Assembly: GCA_040437565.1 (NCBI GenBank)
Contig: JBDOQK010000016.1
Location: 186,001-250,000 of the forward strand
From: Albugo candida
Taxonomy: Eukaryota
Direction: 5' to 3'
Length of the DNA: 64,000 bases
The translations under genes were made by a program, and so were the position numbers. The notes beneath the pieces are model-generated. The model saw only the letters and a list, made by a program, of their open reading frames with translations, had not been told where the DNA came from and made no database searches. This document shows, in pieces, positions 36,462-47,077 of this stretch (the first letter of the stretch is position 1; every line of letters starts with the position of its first letter).

Positions 36462-36562
36462 GGGCAATCCAGTTCCAACACGCGGGTAAGTATTTGCAAG
36501 TTAATTATAGCGCATTCAAGATATATATATTTGCTATGAAAACGGAATCTAGTTCAAATCCT

Positions 36563-37636
36563 TCAAGGGTACTGCTCCCACTCATTTTCTTTACGCTGGA
36601 ACGCTCGAAATTCCTGTATCCATACCCGCCATCGTTCATAAGCGGACGAAAACAGGGACGTAAGAGGTCCAAGGAGATAAGAAGGAGACTTTAGCGTAAC
36701 AATAACCGATGTTGGGAAGATCGAAGTCCACTGGGATACATGAGTGAGCCACGATCTTTGGTCTTTGAGAGGCACAGCTTCTGTTGGAGCGGGGTCCCTA
36801 TTGAGAAAGTAAATGAACAAATACGCGTGTTGCGGGACTCCCTGAATCATGTAATAATTCTTGAGGAGTTTCACATTTTGAAATCCATTTCTCTCATAGA
36901 AATGAATCGCTTGAATGTTATCCACTTTGACATGAAGATACACCGCTTTGCAATGAGGATTCTGTCGGGCATTGTCGATACAAGCAGATAGTAACATGGA
37001 CGCAACACCTCGGCGTCGATAGGATTGTTGTGTTCCAAGCGTAAGTATGTACATTGCCAGATCATCTTGTTCCGCAAGTCTTGGCGGATGCAAAGTGGCC
37101 GGGACAAAAGCGGGAAGTTCCAATATTTTTCTAACTTCGTACTCTTCGATAGAAGTCACAGACACCAAACTCGCCGTAACTGCACCAATTATGCGTATAT
37201 CTCTTGCTGCATTTTCCGAGATATGTCTTGATCTGCCCGATTCATTTCTCTTCTCTGAAATATTGATCTCTAATTTTTGATCGTGCTCAGGATCCGTCGG
37301 GCTAGGACTAGTGAGTCTGGTCGTAACAACACGAGTGAATAGAGCTCCTCCAGTTTCCGCCCATCGTTTATGGGCTGCCCCGTTGTAAAAAGCGTCATTG
37401 TAGCGTATTGGGAACCATTCTTCATGTAATCGGCGCAAAACTGGGATGTCCTCTTGATTAATTTCTCGGAAAAATAAGACCTCTTCTGTATCGGGTGCAA
37501 GATCGTATGAAGGAGGAGATTTATACCCGCAGAATTGCGTCTTTTGGTGTTCTTTTTTACTCTTATTGGTAAAGAATTCTTTACTAGCGCGAACGCTCAT
37601 TAGATACTGATTCTCGTAAACTTTTTCGTAATACAT
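36563..37636 (-). CDS. NAA60: N-alpha-acetyltransferase 60 (NatF)-like GNAT acetyltransferase
   Basis: LHEEWFPIRYNDAFY, YILTLG, acetyl-CoA motif RRRGVA, AVYLHVKVDN..AI.FYE..GF, NYY.I, and a C-terminal amphipathic helical tail. Start codon uncertain. Confidence 0.85.
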   Translation of the reverse strand: MYYEKVYENQYLMSVRASKEFFTNKSKKEHQKTQFCGYKSPPSYDLAPDTEEVLFFREINQEDIPVLRRLHEEWFPIRYNDAFYNGAAHKRWAETGGALFTRVVTTRLTSPSPTDPEHDQKLEINISEKRNESGRSRHISENAARDIRIIGAVTASLVSVTSIEEYEVRKILELPAFVPATLHPPRLAEQDDLAMYILTLGTQQSYRRRGVASMLLSACIDNARQNPHCKAVYLHVKVDNIQAIHFYERNGFQNVKLLKNYYMIQGVPQHAYLFIYFLNRDPAPTEAVPLKDQRSWLTHVSQWTSIFPTSVIVTLKSPSYLLGPLTSLFSSAYERWRVWIQEFRAFQRKENEWEQYP

Positions 37637-37766
37637 TGCCCACAAATACTCGACACAGACGATGAAGACATACGACGCCGTCTGCTAATGGCAGTTTCGT
37701 TTAATTACAACTGCGACCAGATCCTGAGCTGGAAATTACCAACCGCTCGATAGAGCCCTATACTGA

Positions 37767-39506
37767 ATGCGCTTTGTATCACAAGCACCTGTTCTAATGG
37801 ATAGCGCAACGAATACCGATCCAATAAGCAAAACCAAGGTATTTTCCATATTATCAGATGGTATTGACAGCGCACTCCGTACTATCGTACCAAAGATAAT
37901 CAAAACACATCACTGCGCTGGTTTTCCTCTAACGCTTAGAACCGAAAATGAGGAGAACAAAAACTGGGTTGAAACACATTGTGATGTGGTCAAACATTAT
38001 GAGAGGCGTCAGAAGACCATATCTATGAAGAAGAAATCTACTGCTCGCGGGGATCACACAGAGAATGCACATGGAAAAGAAGCGGTGGAGGATTGGAAAA
38101 ATAAAGAACACAGCAAGGAAGTTGTCGACGATGCAGAGAAATTGACTGTTGTGAGTGAAAACGCACATGGAGATGGAACATCTCTAATACGGCCAGGTAG
38201 CAAGAGATCTGAACGAAAAAGAAAGAATAGAATTGTATATGAGGAATCCAGCAGTGACGAAGATTCTCGCGCTACAAAGCAAGAAAAAGTGTTTCATACT
38301 GGAGAAAAAATTATCAATCAGCATCGAACTGAAGCGGCAGTCCGAAATGGGGCGAAAACGACGAAACATAATAAAAGCACGATGTTTGACCGATTGGCAA
38401 GGGTAGCCGGTTGTGAGGACGTTCGTCAAGGCACTAGAAAATATGAATTATTGAAGGATTGGATAGAGAGGGATCAAGGAACGGACCTGATGCTTTCTAA
38501 TGATGTAATCATATGGATGAAGTCTCAGATGCGGAACGATGCCATTCAGTACAAGGAGAGATCACAGGATGAGAAAACAGGTCGAAAGAAGCGGATAAGA
38601 TACAAAAGGCAACGAGAGAGTATCAAAAGCGAGAATATGAAGGGTCGAATGAAGAAAGAGACTGAGGCCAGTGCTTGCGTTGACACCAAAGAAACTTGTC
38701 CCGATAAAGCCAAACACGTACAGGAAATAACATTGAGAACGACCAAAAGAAACAAGATGATACCAGTAATCAAAGATGAAGATGAAGAAGTTGAAGCTGA
38801 CATCAATCCTGATTTGCAAGAAGTCAGTTCCGTACAGAATCACGATTCTGATATCCCAAAAGAAGCTCATAACGTATTAGACATCGCTGAATTGGATAGC
38901 GACAAGTCAGAAGAACTCAACAGCAATCCTGTTATAGAAGATATCACCCCTGTGCACAATAGTGATGAATCAATTCAAGAAACCATATTAACAGAAGCTG
39001 TCACCGAACAGGATGTCGAGGAGAAAACAGAAGAAGCTGATAACAGCACCGTAGCTAAACCAACAAAAACAACTGGCGAAACTTTCAGTCTAGACGATCC
39101 CGATGTGTTCGTCGTAGAAAGTATACTGCAAGAGCGTACTACCCAGAACAAGCGCAATTCAAAGAAAGGAGGTCTCAGCACCTATCTTGTGAAATGGGAA
39201 GGTTATGATGAAGTAACCTGGGAACCAGAGGTTAATCTTCCAAAATGGATTATCAGGTCGTATCGTGCTCGTCAGAAACTGAAAACAAAGTGTAAACACG
39301 TGTTCGACAGTTGTGGTGATCGAAAAGTCGTCGAGAACAAAACCGCTCATACGTCTGAGGTAATTTATCACGTGTGGTGGAAGAATGCTAAAGAACCCGA
39401 CTGGGAGTCCAAAGCTTCACTTCCAGCTTTAGTGGTCAAAGCACTGGAAAAAAAATGGAAGGCTAAAAGATTGTCAAAAAAAAGAAGCGCAAAGAAGTCA
39501 AATTAG
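37767..39506 (+). CDS. Chromodomain protein (one canonical and one degenerate C-terminal chromodomain)
   Basis: FVVESILQER...YLVKWEGYDEVTWEPEVNL, then YHVWWKNAKEPDWESKASL. Long K/E-rich disordered N-terminus with basic NLS-like clusters. Confidence 0.85.
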   Translation: MRFVSQAPVLMDSATNTDPISKTKVFSILSDGIDSALRTIVPKIIKTHHCAGFPLTLRTENEENKNWVETHCDVVKHYERRQKTISMKKKSTARGDHTENAHGKEAVEDWKNKEHSKEVVDDAEKLTVVSENAHGDGTSLIRPGSKRSERKRKNRIVYEESSSDEDSRATKQEKVFHTGEKIINQHRTEAAVRNGAKTTKHNKSTMFDRLARVAGCEDVRQGTRKYELLKDWIERDQGTDLMLSNDVIIWMKSQMRNDAIQYKERSQDEKTGRKKRIRYKRQRESIKSENMKGRMKKETEASACVDTKETCPDKAKHVQEITLRTTKRNKMIPVIKDEDEEVEADINPDLQEVSSVQNHDSDIPKEAHNVLDIAELDSDKSEELNSNPVIEDITPVHNSDESIQETILTEAVTEQDVEEKTEEADNSTVAKPTKTTGETFSLDDPDVFVVESILQERTTQNKRNSKKGGLSTYLVKWEGYDEVTWEPEVNLPKWIIRSYRARQKLKTKCKHVFDSCGDRKVVENKTAHTSEVIYHVWWKNAKEPDWESKASLPALVVKALEKKWKAKRLSKKRSAKKSN

Positions 39507-39557
39507 ATTTAACGCATTGTCCAAAGCAGAATGCGCCAAGTTGAACGATCATACAGT

Positions 39558-40598
39558 TCACACGATACGATCCAATTCAGTGGCATAAGCCAGCATTTCT
39601 CCAACTAATTTTAGAGAAGGGATGTCCGATCCTCCGAGTTTCTTTTCTGGTGCTTTGAACCAAATCATAGTTCCCTTGACAGTCCACTCAGGTCTTTGCT
39701 CCCGAACATAAGCGCTTAATTCGGTCGTATTATTAAAAATCAACATTTTTTGCGCGTCTGCGATTTCCAAGCACTGGTATGCCATTTGAGAGCAGTCGGC
39801 AATGTTCTCACGCACTGTTTGCATTAGCTGAGATAGAAAGAACGAGAAAAGTTGATTGGGAATATGATTTCTTGCATCCAGCACCTTTATCCCACCAGTT
39901 AATATGTGAGCACAAATACAGCTTCTCTTTCAGTACCTTGTTGTAGCTGCCCTCCATTAGATACTGCTCGATTTTGATGCCAAAAGCTATGTTACCTTCA
40001 TTTCGATCGCTTTCATCTAGTAGCTCTAGCTGTAGACATGACGGTACACACAATCAGCCGTGGTAAAGTCAAATTGAGCCTGAGTTTGTACCTCATTGTG
40101 AAAGTCCGCCATTCGATTTTCCACTAAGAAATGCAAAAGTCGTGCTCCCATCAAGGGATAAAAAAGATTCGATCGAGAGGAAGAACTTTCCGGTTGTGCA
40201 GCTCCATCGTAAACCTTCAGTTGCACGAAGTTGCGCTCGAACTCAACAAGATCTTCATTCAAGATACTCAAGATCGTAGCGCTCTCTAGGACATGCTCTA
40301 TCGTATAAACATTACGAATTTATTTTCATGAATGCCTAATATGATTCGTACGCGCTAGACTGCATTCTTGCGCTGCTGTTAAAGATTGAGCGCCACAAGG
40401 TGGCAATGACGGTAGAGAAATCAACTCAAGCTTAAAGCAGAAAGAATGCGCTTGTTTAGATCAAGAAATCTCTCATTGCGCCGATAGCTGTACCTTGAGT
40501 TTTTTTGACAGTTTAATTGCATCTGAGATTCTCTTTTCCTCAACTAAAGTCCGTAACGTTTTGGCTTCTCCTTCTAGCGCTCGAATATCAGGGCTCAT
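39558..40598 (-). CDS. RPN12: 26S proteasome lid subunit RPN12 (PSMD8), multi-exon
   Basis: FERNFVQLK, LLHFLVENRMADFHNE/LELL, IEQYLMEGSYNKV, TVRENIADC, and C-terminus YATELDRIV. Confidence 0.95.
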
Positions 40599-40749
40599 GA
40601 TGATCGTGGATAACAGTTAGGAAACCAGTCAAGACAAAGGTTAGCCCCAGAATAACGACCAATTAGATCAAGCGAACAACGGCAGATGTGAACGTAAAAT
40701 ATGTACAGGGAATTTGGTTTTTCAGTAAAAGTGGAATATGTCGATAAAA

Positions 40750-42326
40750 ATGAGTGAGATTACATCGGTACAAGAGGACAAGATGCAGGATGTGGTGATA
40801 GATCCTATTGCGGAAAAGGATGTGGAAACAAGCACTGAAGACGAAGAAAGCGGAATGCTGCATGTTCACACAGCTGACCCATCCTTAGCTTCGTACGATG
40901 ACCTCATGCCTTTTCACAAATGTTGATTGAGTATTTGATTTCTATAGAGACGGAAAGACGTTTCTGAACACACTTATTGCGTTCTTGGGGTCTGGTGTTC
41001 TTGGAATACCGTTTGTCTTCAAAGAGACAGGAATACTGGTGAGAATATCCACACTCTACATGCTTGCCGTAACATATCTCGCAATGGACATAGCTGGGAG
41101 TATTTACGCTGATTTTTGTGGCAAGCATCAACACTTTTTGCATGTTATTGATTGTGAGATGCAAGTATGAATTGAGGAAACGCGGGGAGGAGGTAAATTT
41201 GTACAGCGACATAGGCTATGCTGTAATGGGCAAAGCTGGAGCTTGTGTTGTCAACATCGCCATCATATTTTCGCAAACAGGATTTTGTGTCTCTTGTATG
41301 TGCTTACACTGTGATGTTGGTTGAAGCTGATGTTTTCCTGTCTATCAGATCTGATCTTTATCGCAACAAATGTTCATGCATATCTCGGCGTACCAAGGGA
41401 GGCAGCAGTGGCAATATGTCTTCCACTCCTCATAGTTTTTTCACTTGTACGTCACCTGAAGCAGCTTGCTTACGCGGCTCTAGTGGCCGATATCATGAAT
41501 CTCACTGGGCTTGCAGTCGTGTACTCTGTCGACTTCGAATTCATGGCGTATAATGATGATCAGATTAAGTTTTTTGGAGTCATTTCTAGTCTTCCATTCT
41601 TTTTCGGAGTTGCCTCATACTGCTTTGAGGGAGTTGGAATGGTACTACCGTTAGAAAAGTCCATGCGGAATAAGCAAAATTTCTCTACGATACTGATTGC
41701 GACGATGGTCATCATCACCACCATATACGCAACATTTGGAATCTGTGGATATCTTGCGTTTGGGGAAACGACAAAAGACGTCCTCACGCTGAATATGGAG
41801 AATGGTGGCGAGAAATTCAATTTTTTGACAATCTTAGTCAATGTTTGTCTATGTGTGGGCCTCTTTTTCACATACCCTTTGATGCTGGTTCCCGTTTTTG
41901 AGATCATGCAGTCATGGATACACTCTCCGAATACGGAAGAGTCTCTAAAAAAGGATGACGTACAGAGGTCAGAATCCTTGGCTGTGAACAGAACGTCACA
42001 TTCCCGAACAACTTGCCTGCGGTCCAGCGCAGTTCTTCTCACAGGACTGATAGCCGCTGGTGTTCCCGGTAAGTGACTTTTACTCGCTGCGATTTACAAT
42101 GCTAACGTTTATTGCAGACTTTGGTCCATTCATATCGTTTATAGGCGCCACATGCTGCTCTCTACTTGCGTATGTTTTACCAACTTTCTTCTATCTGCAC
42201 ATATTCTATGGAGTGAATGGTGAGAACACCCCGTGGTACCATGACTACTACCGCATCGGCCTGCTGCTTATTGGAGCTCTTGGAGTCGCCTCAATGTTTC
42301 ATGGTGTACTCGTAGCTCTCATCTAG
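40750..42326 (+). CDS. Amino-acid transporter, AAAP family (AVT3/ANT/SLC36-like), multi-exon
   Basis: TFLNTLIAFLGSGVLGIPFVF, SQTGFCVS, FFGVASYCFEGVGMVLPLE, GYLAFG, FTYPL, and several transmembrane segments. Confidence 0.92.
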
Positions 42327-42347
42327 CAACCTATGAATGGGAACCAT

Positions 42348-45167
42348 TTACCGACTATGCCGCGCCAGATATCTATCCAGTATTTGCTGCTCGACTTTAT
42401 CATAGCGGCTGAATTCCATGCTGAAGGATCCCTCACCCTGAGTCCTGGAGCGAATAATCGTCGCATACCCGATCATATGTGCCAAAGGAACATCTGCTTG
42501 AATACCGATCTTTTTGTTTTGCCTCATCTCGTTGTTATCGTCAAGCGAAGAACCAACTTCGTGTACGATTCCGCGTCGCTGTGATGTGAGATCGGAGATA
42601 ATTTCTCCAAGACAACGTTCGGGTGCTTGAATTTGCAATTTCATGATTGGTTCGAGAAGAGTTGGACTAGCTTCCTTTAAAACTCGCTTAAGAGCATAAG
42701 CGGCACACGTGCGGAATGCATTCATGCTCGAGTAACCATCCCACGCACATTGGTCGACGTCGATTGTTATCTTTGTACAAGCCAGCCGGTGAAACGAGAT
42801 CACACCTCGACTATAGGCGGATTGAATTCCCTCCTCAATTGCTAAGACGAACGGTTGCGGCAGTTCTTTTTCCTTGGAGTATATCCAGGTCAAGACATTT
42901 GTGGTGGGGTCGAGTGCAGAATTCATCGTTCCTTGTCGCGTTTCATACGTCAAGGGTTCCACCGTTACATGCATTTGTGCGAAATGTCGTTCGGATCCTA
43001 GGACGGTGTCATAAGTGTACACTGTTGAAGCTTGCTGGTCGATACTTTCGAGGTATGCAACCTGCATCGGCCCAATCATTGGCTCAAGTTTATATTCAGT
43101 GCGGAGCCTCTCTTTGATGATATCCAGATGAAGCTCTCCCATTCCACTAATAAGCGTCTGTCCAGTTTCTTCATCAACTCGAACCAGAAAAGTCGGATCT
43201 TCTCGCTGCAAAAAGTGCAATGCGTTGTCCAGTTCCTTCTCAGCGACCGACGATTCGGCTTCTATGGAGCATGTAAAAACTGGATTCGGAAGCTGCACGC
43301 CTGGTAGCGTGATGAGATCTGTGTAATTTGCTTGAATGAGGGTGTCTCCAGTAAATGTGTTTTTCAGCCCGATCGCGGCTCCAATATTTCCAGCTCCAAC
43401 TTCATCTACCTCTTCTTTATCATCAGCTGCTACATGCATCAGCCGTGTAATTCGCTCTTTTTGATTACGCGTCGAGTTGAAGAGCTGGCTTTTGGATCGA
43501 AGTACCCCAGAATACACGCGAAAGTAGACGATCAAGCCACGTTGACGATCGTGCTGGACCTTGAAAGCTAAAGCACACAATGGGGCATTCTCATCTTCCG
43601 GGTGCAGATAGCACTCATTCGAACTCTCAGATTTTCCTGACTTTTGTGCCAAGTACGGAGAAGCATCTAAAGGAGAAGGAAGGTAATCCACAATTGCATC
43701 TAAAAGTGGTTGTATTCCTTTGTTCTTTAATGCACTTCCGCAAATTGTGAGGACCACAGAAGAAGCGTTGTTTTGATTCACTACGATCCTCCGCAAGGCT
43801 TTTCGGATTTCCTCTGGTCGTATATCCTCATCGGCCAGATACAATTCGGCAAGTTCATCGTCATAATCACATGCTCTTTCGATCAAATCTTGGCGACCTT
43901 GTAGTGCTCGCTCATACAATGTAGACATCCGACCACTTCCGACCGATATGATTGGGTATTCTTGCATGTTTCTTCCGTCTCGATCGACCCATTTGATTAC
44001 TTTCATATCTATCAGATCGATAATTCCGTCGAATTCAGCCCCTTCTCCATACGGAATTTGNNNNNNNNNNNNNNNNNNNNNNNNNNNNNNNNNNNNNNNN
44101 NNNNNNNNNNNNNNNNNNNNNNNNNNNNNNNNNNNNNNNNNNNNNNNNNNNNNNNNNNNNAAGTACGGAGAAGCATCTAAAGGAGAAGGAAGGTAATCCA
44201 CAATTGCATCTAAAAGTGGTTGTATTCCTTTGTTCTTTAATGCACTTCCGCAAATTGTGAGGACCACAGAAGAAGCGTTGTTTTGATTCACTACGATCCT
44301 CCGCAAGGCTTTTCGGATTTCCTCTGGTCGTATATCCTCATCGGCCAGATACAATTCGGCAAGTTCATCGTCATAATCACATGCTCTTTCGATCAAATCT
44401 TGGCGACCTTGTAGTGCTCGCTCATACAATGTAGACATCCGACCACTTCCGACCGATATGATTGGGTATTCTTGCATGTTTCTTCCGTCTCGATCGACCC
44501 ATTTGATTACTTTCATATCTATCAGATCGATAATTCCGTCGAATTCAGCCCCTTCTCCATACGGAATTTGAGTTGCTAGTGTCTTGACGCCAAAATGGGA
44601 CTCCAAGGAATCACATGACTTTACAAATGAAGCTCCCTCTCGATCCATCTTGTTTATAAAGGCGATTCTAGGCACAGCATACCGATTCGCTTGTTCCCAA
44701 ACTGTTTCGGTTTGAGCCTCCACACCTGCGACGCCATCTATTACAGCAATAGAACCATCCAAAACACGCACGGCACGCTCTACTTCCACAGTGAAATCAA
44801 CATGACCTGGCGTGTCGATCACATTCACATTGGTCGACCGCCACGGAAAGCTTATCGCAGCAGCGCCAATGGTGATCCCTCTTTGTCTCTCCTGCGGCAT
44901 GTAATCCATTGTTGTATCTCCGTCATGCACTTCACCCATTCTATGGATGACACCAGAGTAAAACAGCATCCGTTCCGTTGTCGTGGTCTTGCCTGCATCG
45001 ATGTGAGCAAGAATGCCGATATTTCGAATCCGTTCCAATGCAGAAGTGGAAAGACGTGCAGTGCGTGGAAAATTGTTCAAGATCACATCACTTTCCGTCG
45101 TGAACTTTGACAGAATCGCCAGTGCAATGGATCTCTTCCGCTGGCATCCATGCAATCGAGCGAGCAT
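42348..45167 (-). CDS. GFM2: Mitochondrial EF-G2 / ribosome-releasing factor 2
   Basis: RNIGILAHIDAGKTTTTERML, MGEVHDGDTTMDY (EF-G2 type), DTPGHVDF, NKMD, GMGELHL, LLEPIM, and a mitochondrial presequence-like N-terminus. Artefactual duplication at gap 44061-44160. Confidence 0.92.
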   Translation of the reverse strand: MLARLHGCQRKRSIALAILSKFTTESDVILNNFPRTARLSTSALERIRNIGILAHIDAGKTTTTERMLFYSGVIHRMGEVHDGDTTMDYMPQERQRGITIGAAAISFPWRSTNVNVIDTPGHVDFTVEVERAVRVLDGSIAVIDGVAGVEAQTETVWEQANRYAVPRIAFINKMDREGASFVKSCDSLESHFGVKTLATQIPYGEGAEFDGIIDLIDMKVIKWVDRDGRNMQEYPIISVGSGRMSTLYERALQGRQDLIERACDYDDELAELYLADEDIRPEEIRKALRRIVVNQNNASSVVLTICGSALKNKGIQPLLDAIVDYLPSPLDASPYXXXXXXXXXXXXXXXXXXXXXXXXXXXXXXXXXXQIPYGEGAEFDGIIDLIDMKVIKWVDRDGRNMQEYPIISVGSGRMSTLYERALQGRQDLIERACDYDDELAELYLADEDIRPEEIRKALRRIVVNQNNASSVVLTICGSALKNKGIQPLLDAIVDYLPSPLDASPYLAQKSGKSESSNECYLHPEDENAPLCALAFKVQHDRQRGLIVYFRVYSGVLRSKSQLFNSTRNQKERITRLMHVAADDKEEVDEVGAGNIGAAIGLKNTFTGDTLIQANYTDLITLPGVQLPNPVFTCSIEAESSVAEKELDNALHFLQREDPTFLVRVDEETGQTLISGMGELHLDIIKERLRTEYKLEPMIGPMQVAYLESIDQQASTVYTYDTVLGSERHFAQMHVTVEPLTYETRQGTMNSALDPTTNVLTWIYSKEKELPQPFVLAIEEGIQSAYSRGVISFHRLACTKITIDVDQCAWDGYSSMNAFRTCAAYALKRVLKEASPTLLEPIMKLQIQAPERCLGEIISDLTSQRRGIVHEVGSSLDDNNEMRQNKKIGIQADVPLAHMIGYATIIRSRTQGEGSFSMEFSRYDKVEQQILDRYLARHSR

Positions 45168-45520
45168 ATCGAGGTACTTGTGAACATTTATATCCNNNNN
45201 NNNNNNNNNNNNNNNNNNNNNNNNNNNNNNNNNNNNNNNNNNNNNNNNNNNNNNNNNNNNNNNNNNNNNNNNNNNNNNNNNNNNNNNNNNNNNNNCCTCT
45301 ATTTTTAAATATAATCATGTTTGCCTAAATATTATCCAGAAAAGTCGACAGCAATCATCTGCATCAGTCAACCTCAGCAGTGATGGCGCTTCTTTGAAGA
45401 AGGAAAGAATGTAAAATCTCTCTGCGTTTTCTTTCAAGGTATCACTCAAATAATCGTTCATGTATTATTGCTAAAAGCACTCTCGAAAAAGTACGGAAGG
45501 ATCAAAAGGTCCGACAAAAT

Positions 45521-46522
45521 ATGACGAAACTTTCCTGCGCGATTGTGGGTGTTCTAGCACTAATAATTGTTGAGGAAGACTACACCGGGTTAAGCCAACG
45601 AGTACCTCCATGGGAACGGCGTGAACAGCAGTTGGAGCGCGAACCTCGTCCAATCGAAGACCAATTTACGCATGAAGTTGGGCCTCCAGAGCAGTTCGGA
45701 GGTGGTGGCGGTGCTGGTGGCGGTGGCGGCGGTTTTGGAGGTGGTGGTGGTGCAGGGGGATTTGGAGGAGGAAATAACTTTGGTGGAAGTGGTAACCTTG
45801 GAGGATTTGGTGGCGGCGGTGGTCTAGGGGGAGCAGGCGGTTTTGGCAACGGAGGAGGTGCTGCAGGAGGCTTTGGAGGAGGAGGCGGTGTAGGAGGCGG
45901 TAATTTTGGTGGGGGGGATGGTGGGTTTGGTGGGGGCCTGGGAGGGGGAGGGTTCGGAGGGGGAGGTGGTGGAGGAGATGGTGGATTTGGTGCAGGCCTG
46001 GGAGGAGGAGGGTTCGGAGGGGGAGGAGATGGTGGGTTTGGTGGGGGCCTGGGACGAGGAGGGTTCGGAGGGGGAGGTGGTGGAGGAGATGGTGGAGGAT
46101 TCGGAGGTGCTGGAGGTGGAGGATTCGATGGGGCCGGTGGTTTTGGAGGAGGAGGGGGTGGTGGATTCGGTGGTGGTGGATTCGGTGGTGGCGGTGCGGC
46201 AGGAGGAGGTGATTTTGGTGGCGGTGGATTTGGAGGAAATGATTTCAATGGAGGAGGCCTTGGAGATGGTGGATTTGGCGGAAATGACTTTGGTGGAAGA
46301 GGAGGAGGTGGTGGCGGATTTGGCAACTTTGGAGGACGGGGAGGAGGCGGTGGTGCTGATTTTGGTGGAGCAGGAGGCTTTGATGGCGGTGATGGGTTTG
46401 GAAATGGTGGAGCAAATGATTTCGGAAACGGCGGTATGAATGATTTTGACGGCTCGATACCAAGGATTCCTCTTTCAACGCCGGCTGGTCAATTCGTTCT
46501 CCCTATCGACGACAACGCTTAG
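45521..46522 (+). CDS. Putatively secreted glycine-rich low-complexity protein (GGGF/GGDF repeats)
   Basis: ATG start, hydrophobic N-terminal stretch (LSCAIVGVLALIIV), about 250 aa of Gly with spaced F/D/N, and a short Pro-containing C-terminal tail. Varied GGN codons support this reading frame. Confidence 0.8.
   Translation: MTKLSCAIVGVLALIIVEEDYTGLSQRVPPWERREQQLEREPRPIEDQFTHEVGPPEQFGGGGGAGGGGGGFGGGGGAGGFGGGNNFGGSGNLGGFGGGGGLGGAGGFGNGGGAAGGFGGGGGVGGGNFGGGDGGFGGGLGGGGFGGGGGGGDGGFGAGLGGGGFGGGGDGGFGGGLGRGGFGGGGGGGDGGGFGGAGGGGFDGAGGFGGGGGGGFGGGGFGGGGAAGGGDFGGGGFGGNDFNGGGLGDGGFGGNDFGGRGGGGGGFGNFGGRGGGGGADFGGAGGFDGGDGFGNGGANDFGNGGMNDFDGSIPRIPLSTPAGQFVLPIDDNA
45917..46087 (+). repeat. Three tandem coding units of about 51-60 nt (DGGFG[G/A]GLG[G/R]GGFGGGG...) inside the Gly-rich gene
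   Basis: Recurring gatggtgg(g/a)tttggtg(gg/ca)ggcctggga...gggttcggagggggagg. Confidence 0.8.
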
Positions 46523-47077
46523 AAGATGACTACTGTGATTATTCGAAAGTATCATCGCAGCGCTTGTTCATTTCACGCGTCGATTTGTTTTGATGTAAGC
46601 AAACCTTAGTGTAATCCTATTCTAGCCAGCATTTATTGATGCAAGTAATTCGAGGCTTCTTTTATATTATTGTTCTCGCATAAGGTTTCACGTCCTTTAT
46701 GTCCGCTTCTTTTATACTCTGCTAGACGCAAAAATAGGCCTCTAGGAACGCGACACACAAACTATCGGTGATCTGTACACGCTGGCGAGCTACCATGCTG
46801 TACGTGAGTTACTAGTTGCCACCAATTCTGACGTCACTAAGACGTATGATCTAGCGCCATTTGGTTGCCAGCTCAACGTGCAGTGCATTGTGCAGTACAA
46901 CACATGCTACAAAGTGTCTCATACAATAGGTAACTCTTGTCTTTCGAATGATTACGAGCCGATGAGTTATATTTTCATAATGAGATGGGTGGATGTAGAG
47001 GTCAGGATAAAAAACGTGGCTAGTGAGATCTCCGGTCCAAATTTAGCTGAGGTAGTGGTTCTCAATCTCAAAAAACG

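Noticed and set aside
36481-36493. ATACTTACC on the minus strand, like the U1 snRNA 5' end
   Set aside because: No U1 stem-loops or Sm site follow; the sequence runs straight into the CFAP418 start.
45580-46326. 248-aa polyproline (extensin/formin-like) ORF on the minus strand
   Set aside because: Antisense shadow of the GGN codons of the Gly-rich gene; it has a non-ATG start and no signal peptide.
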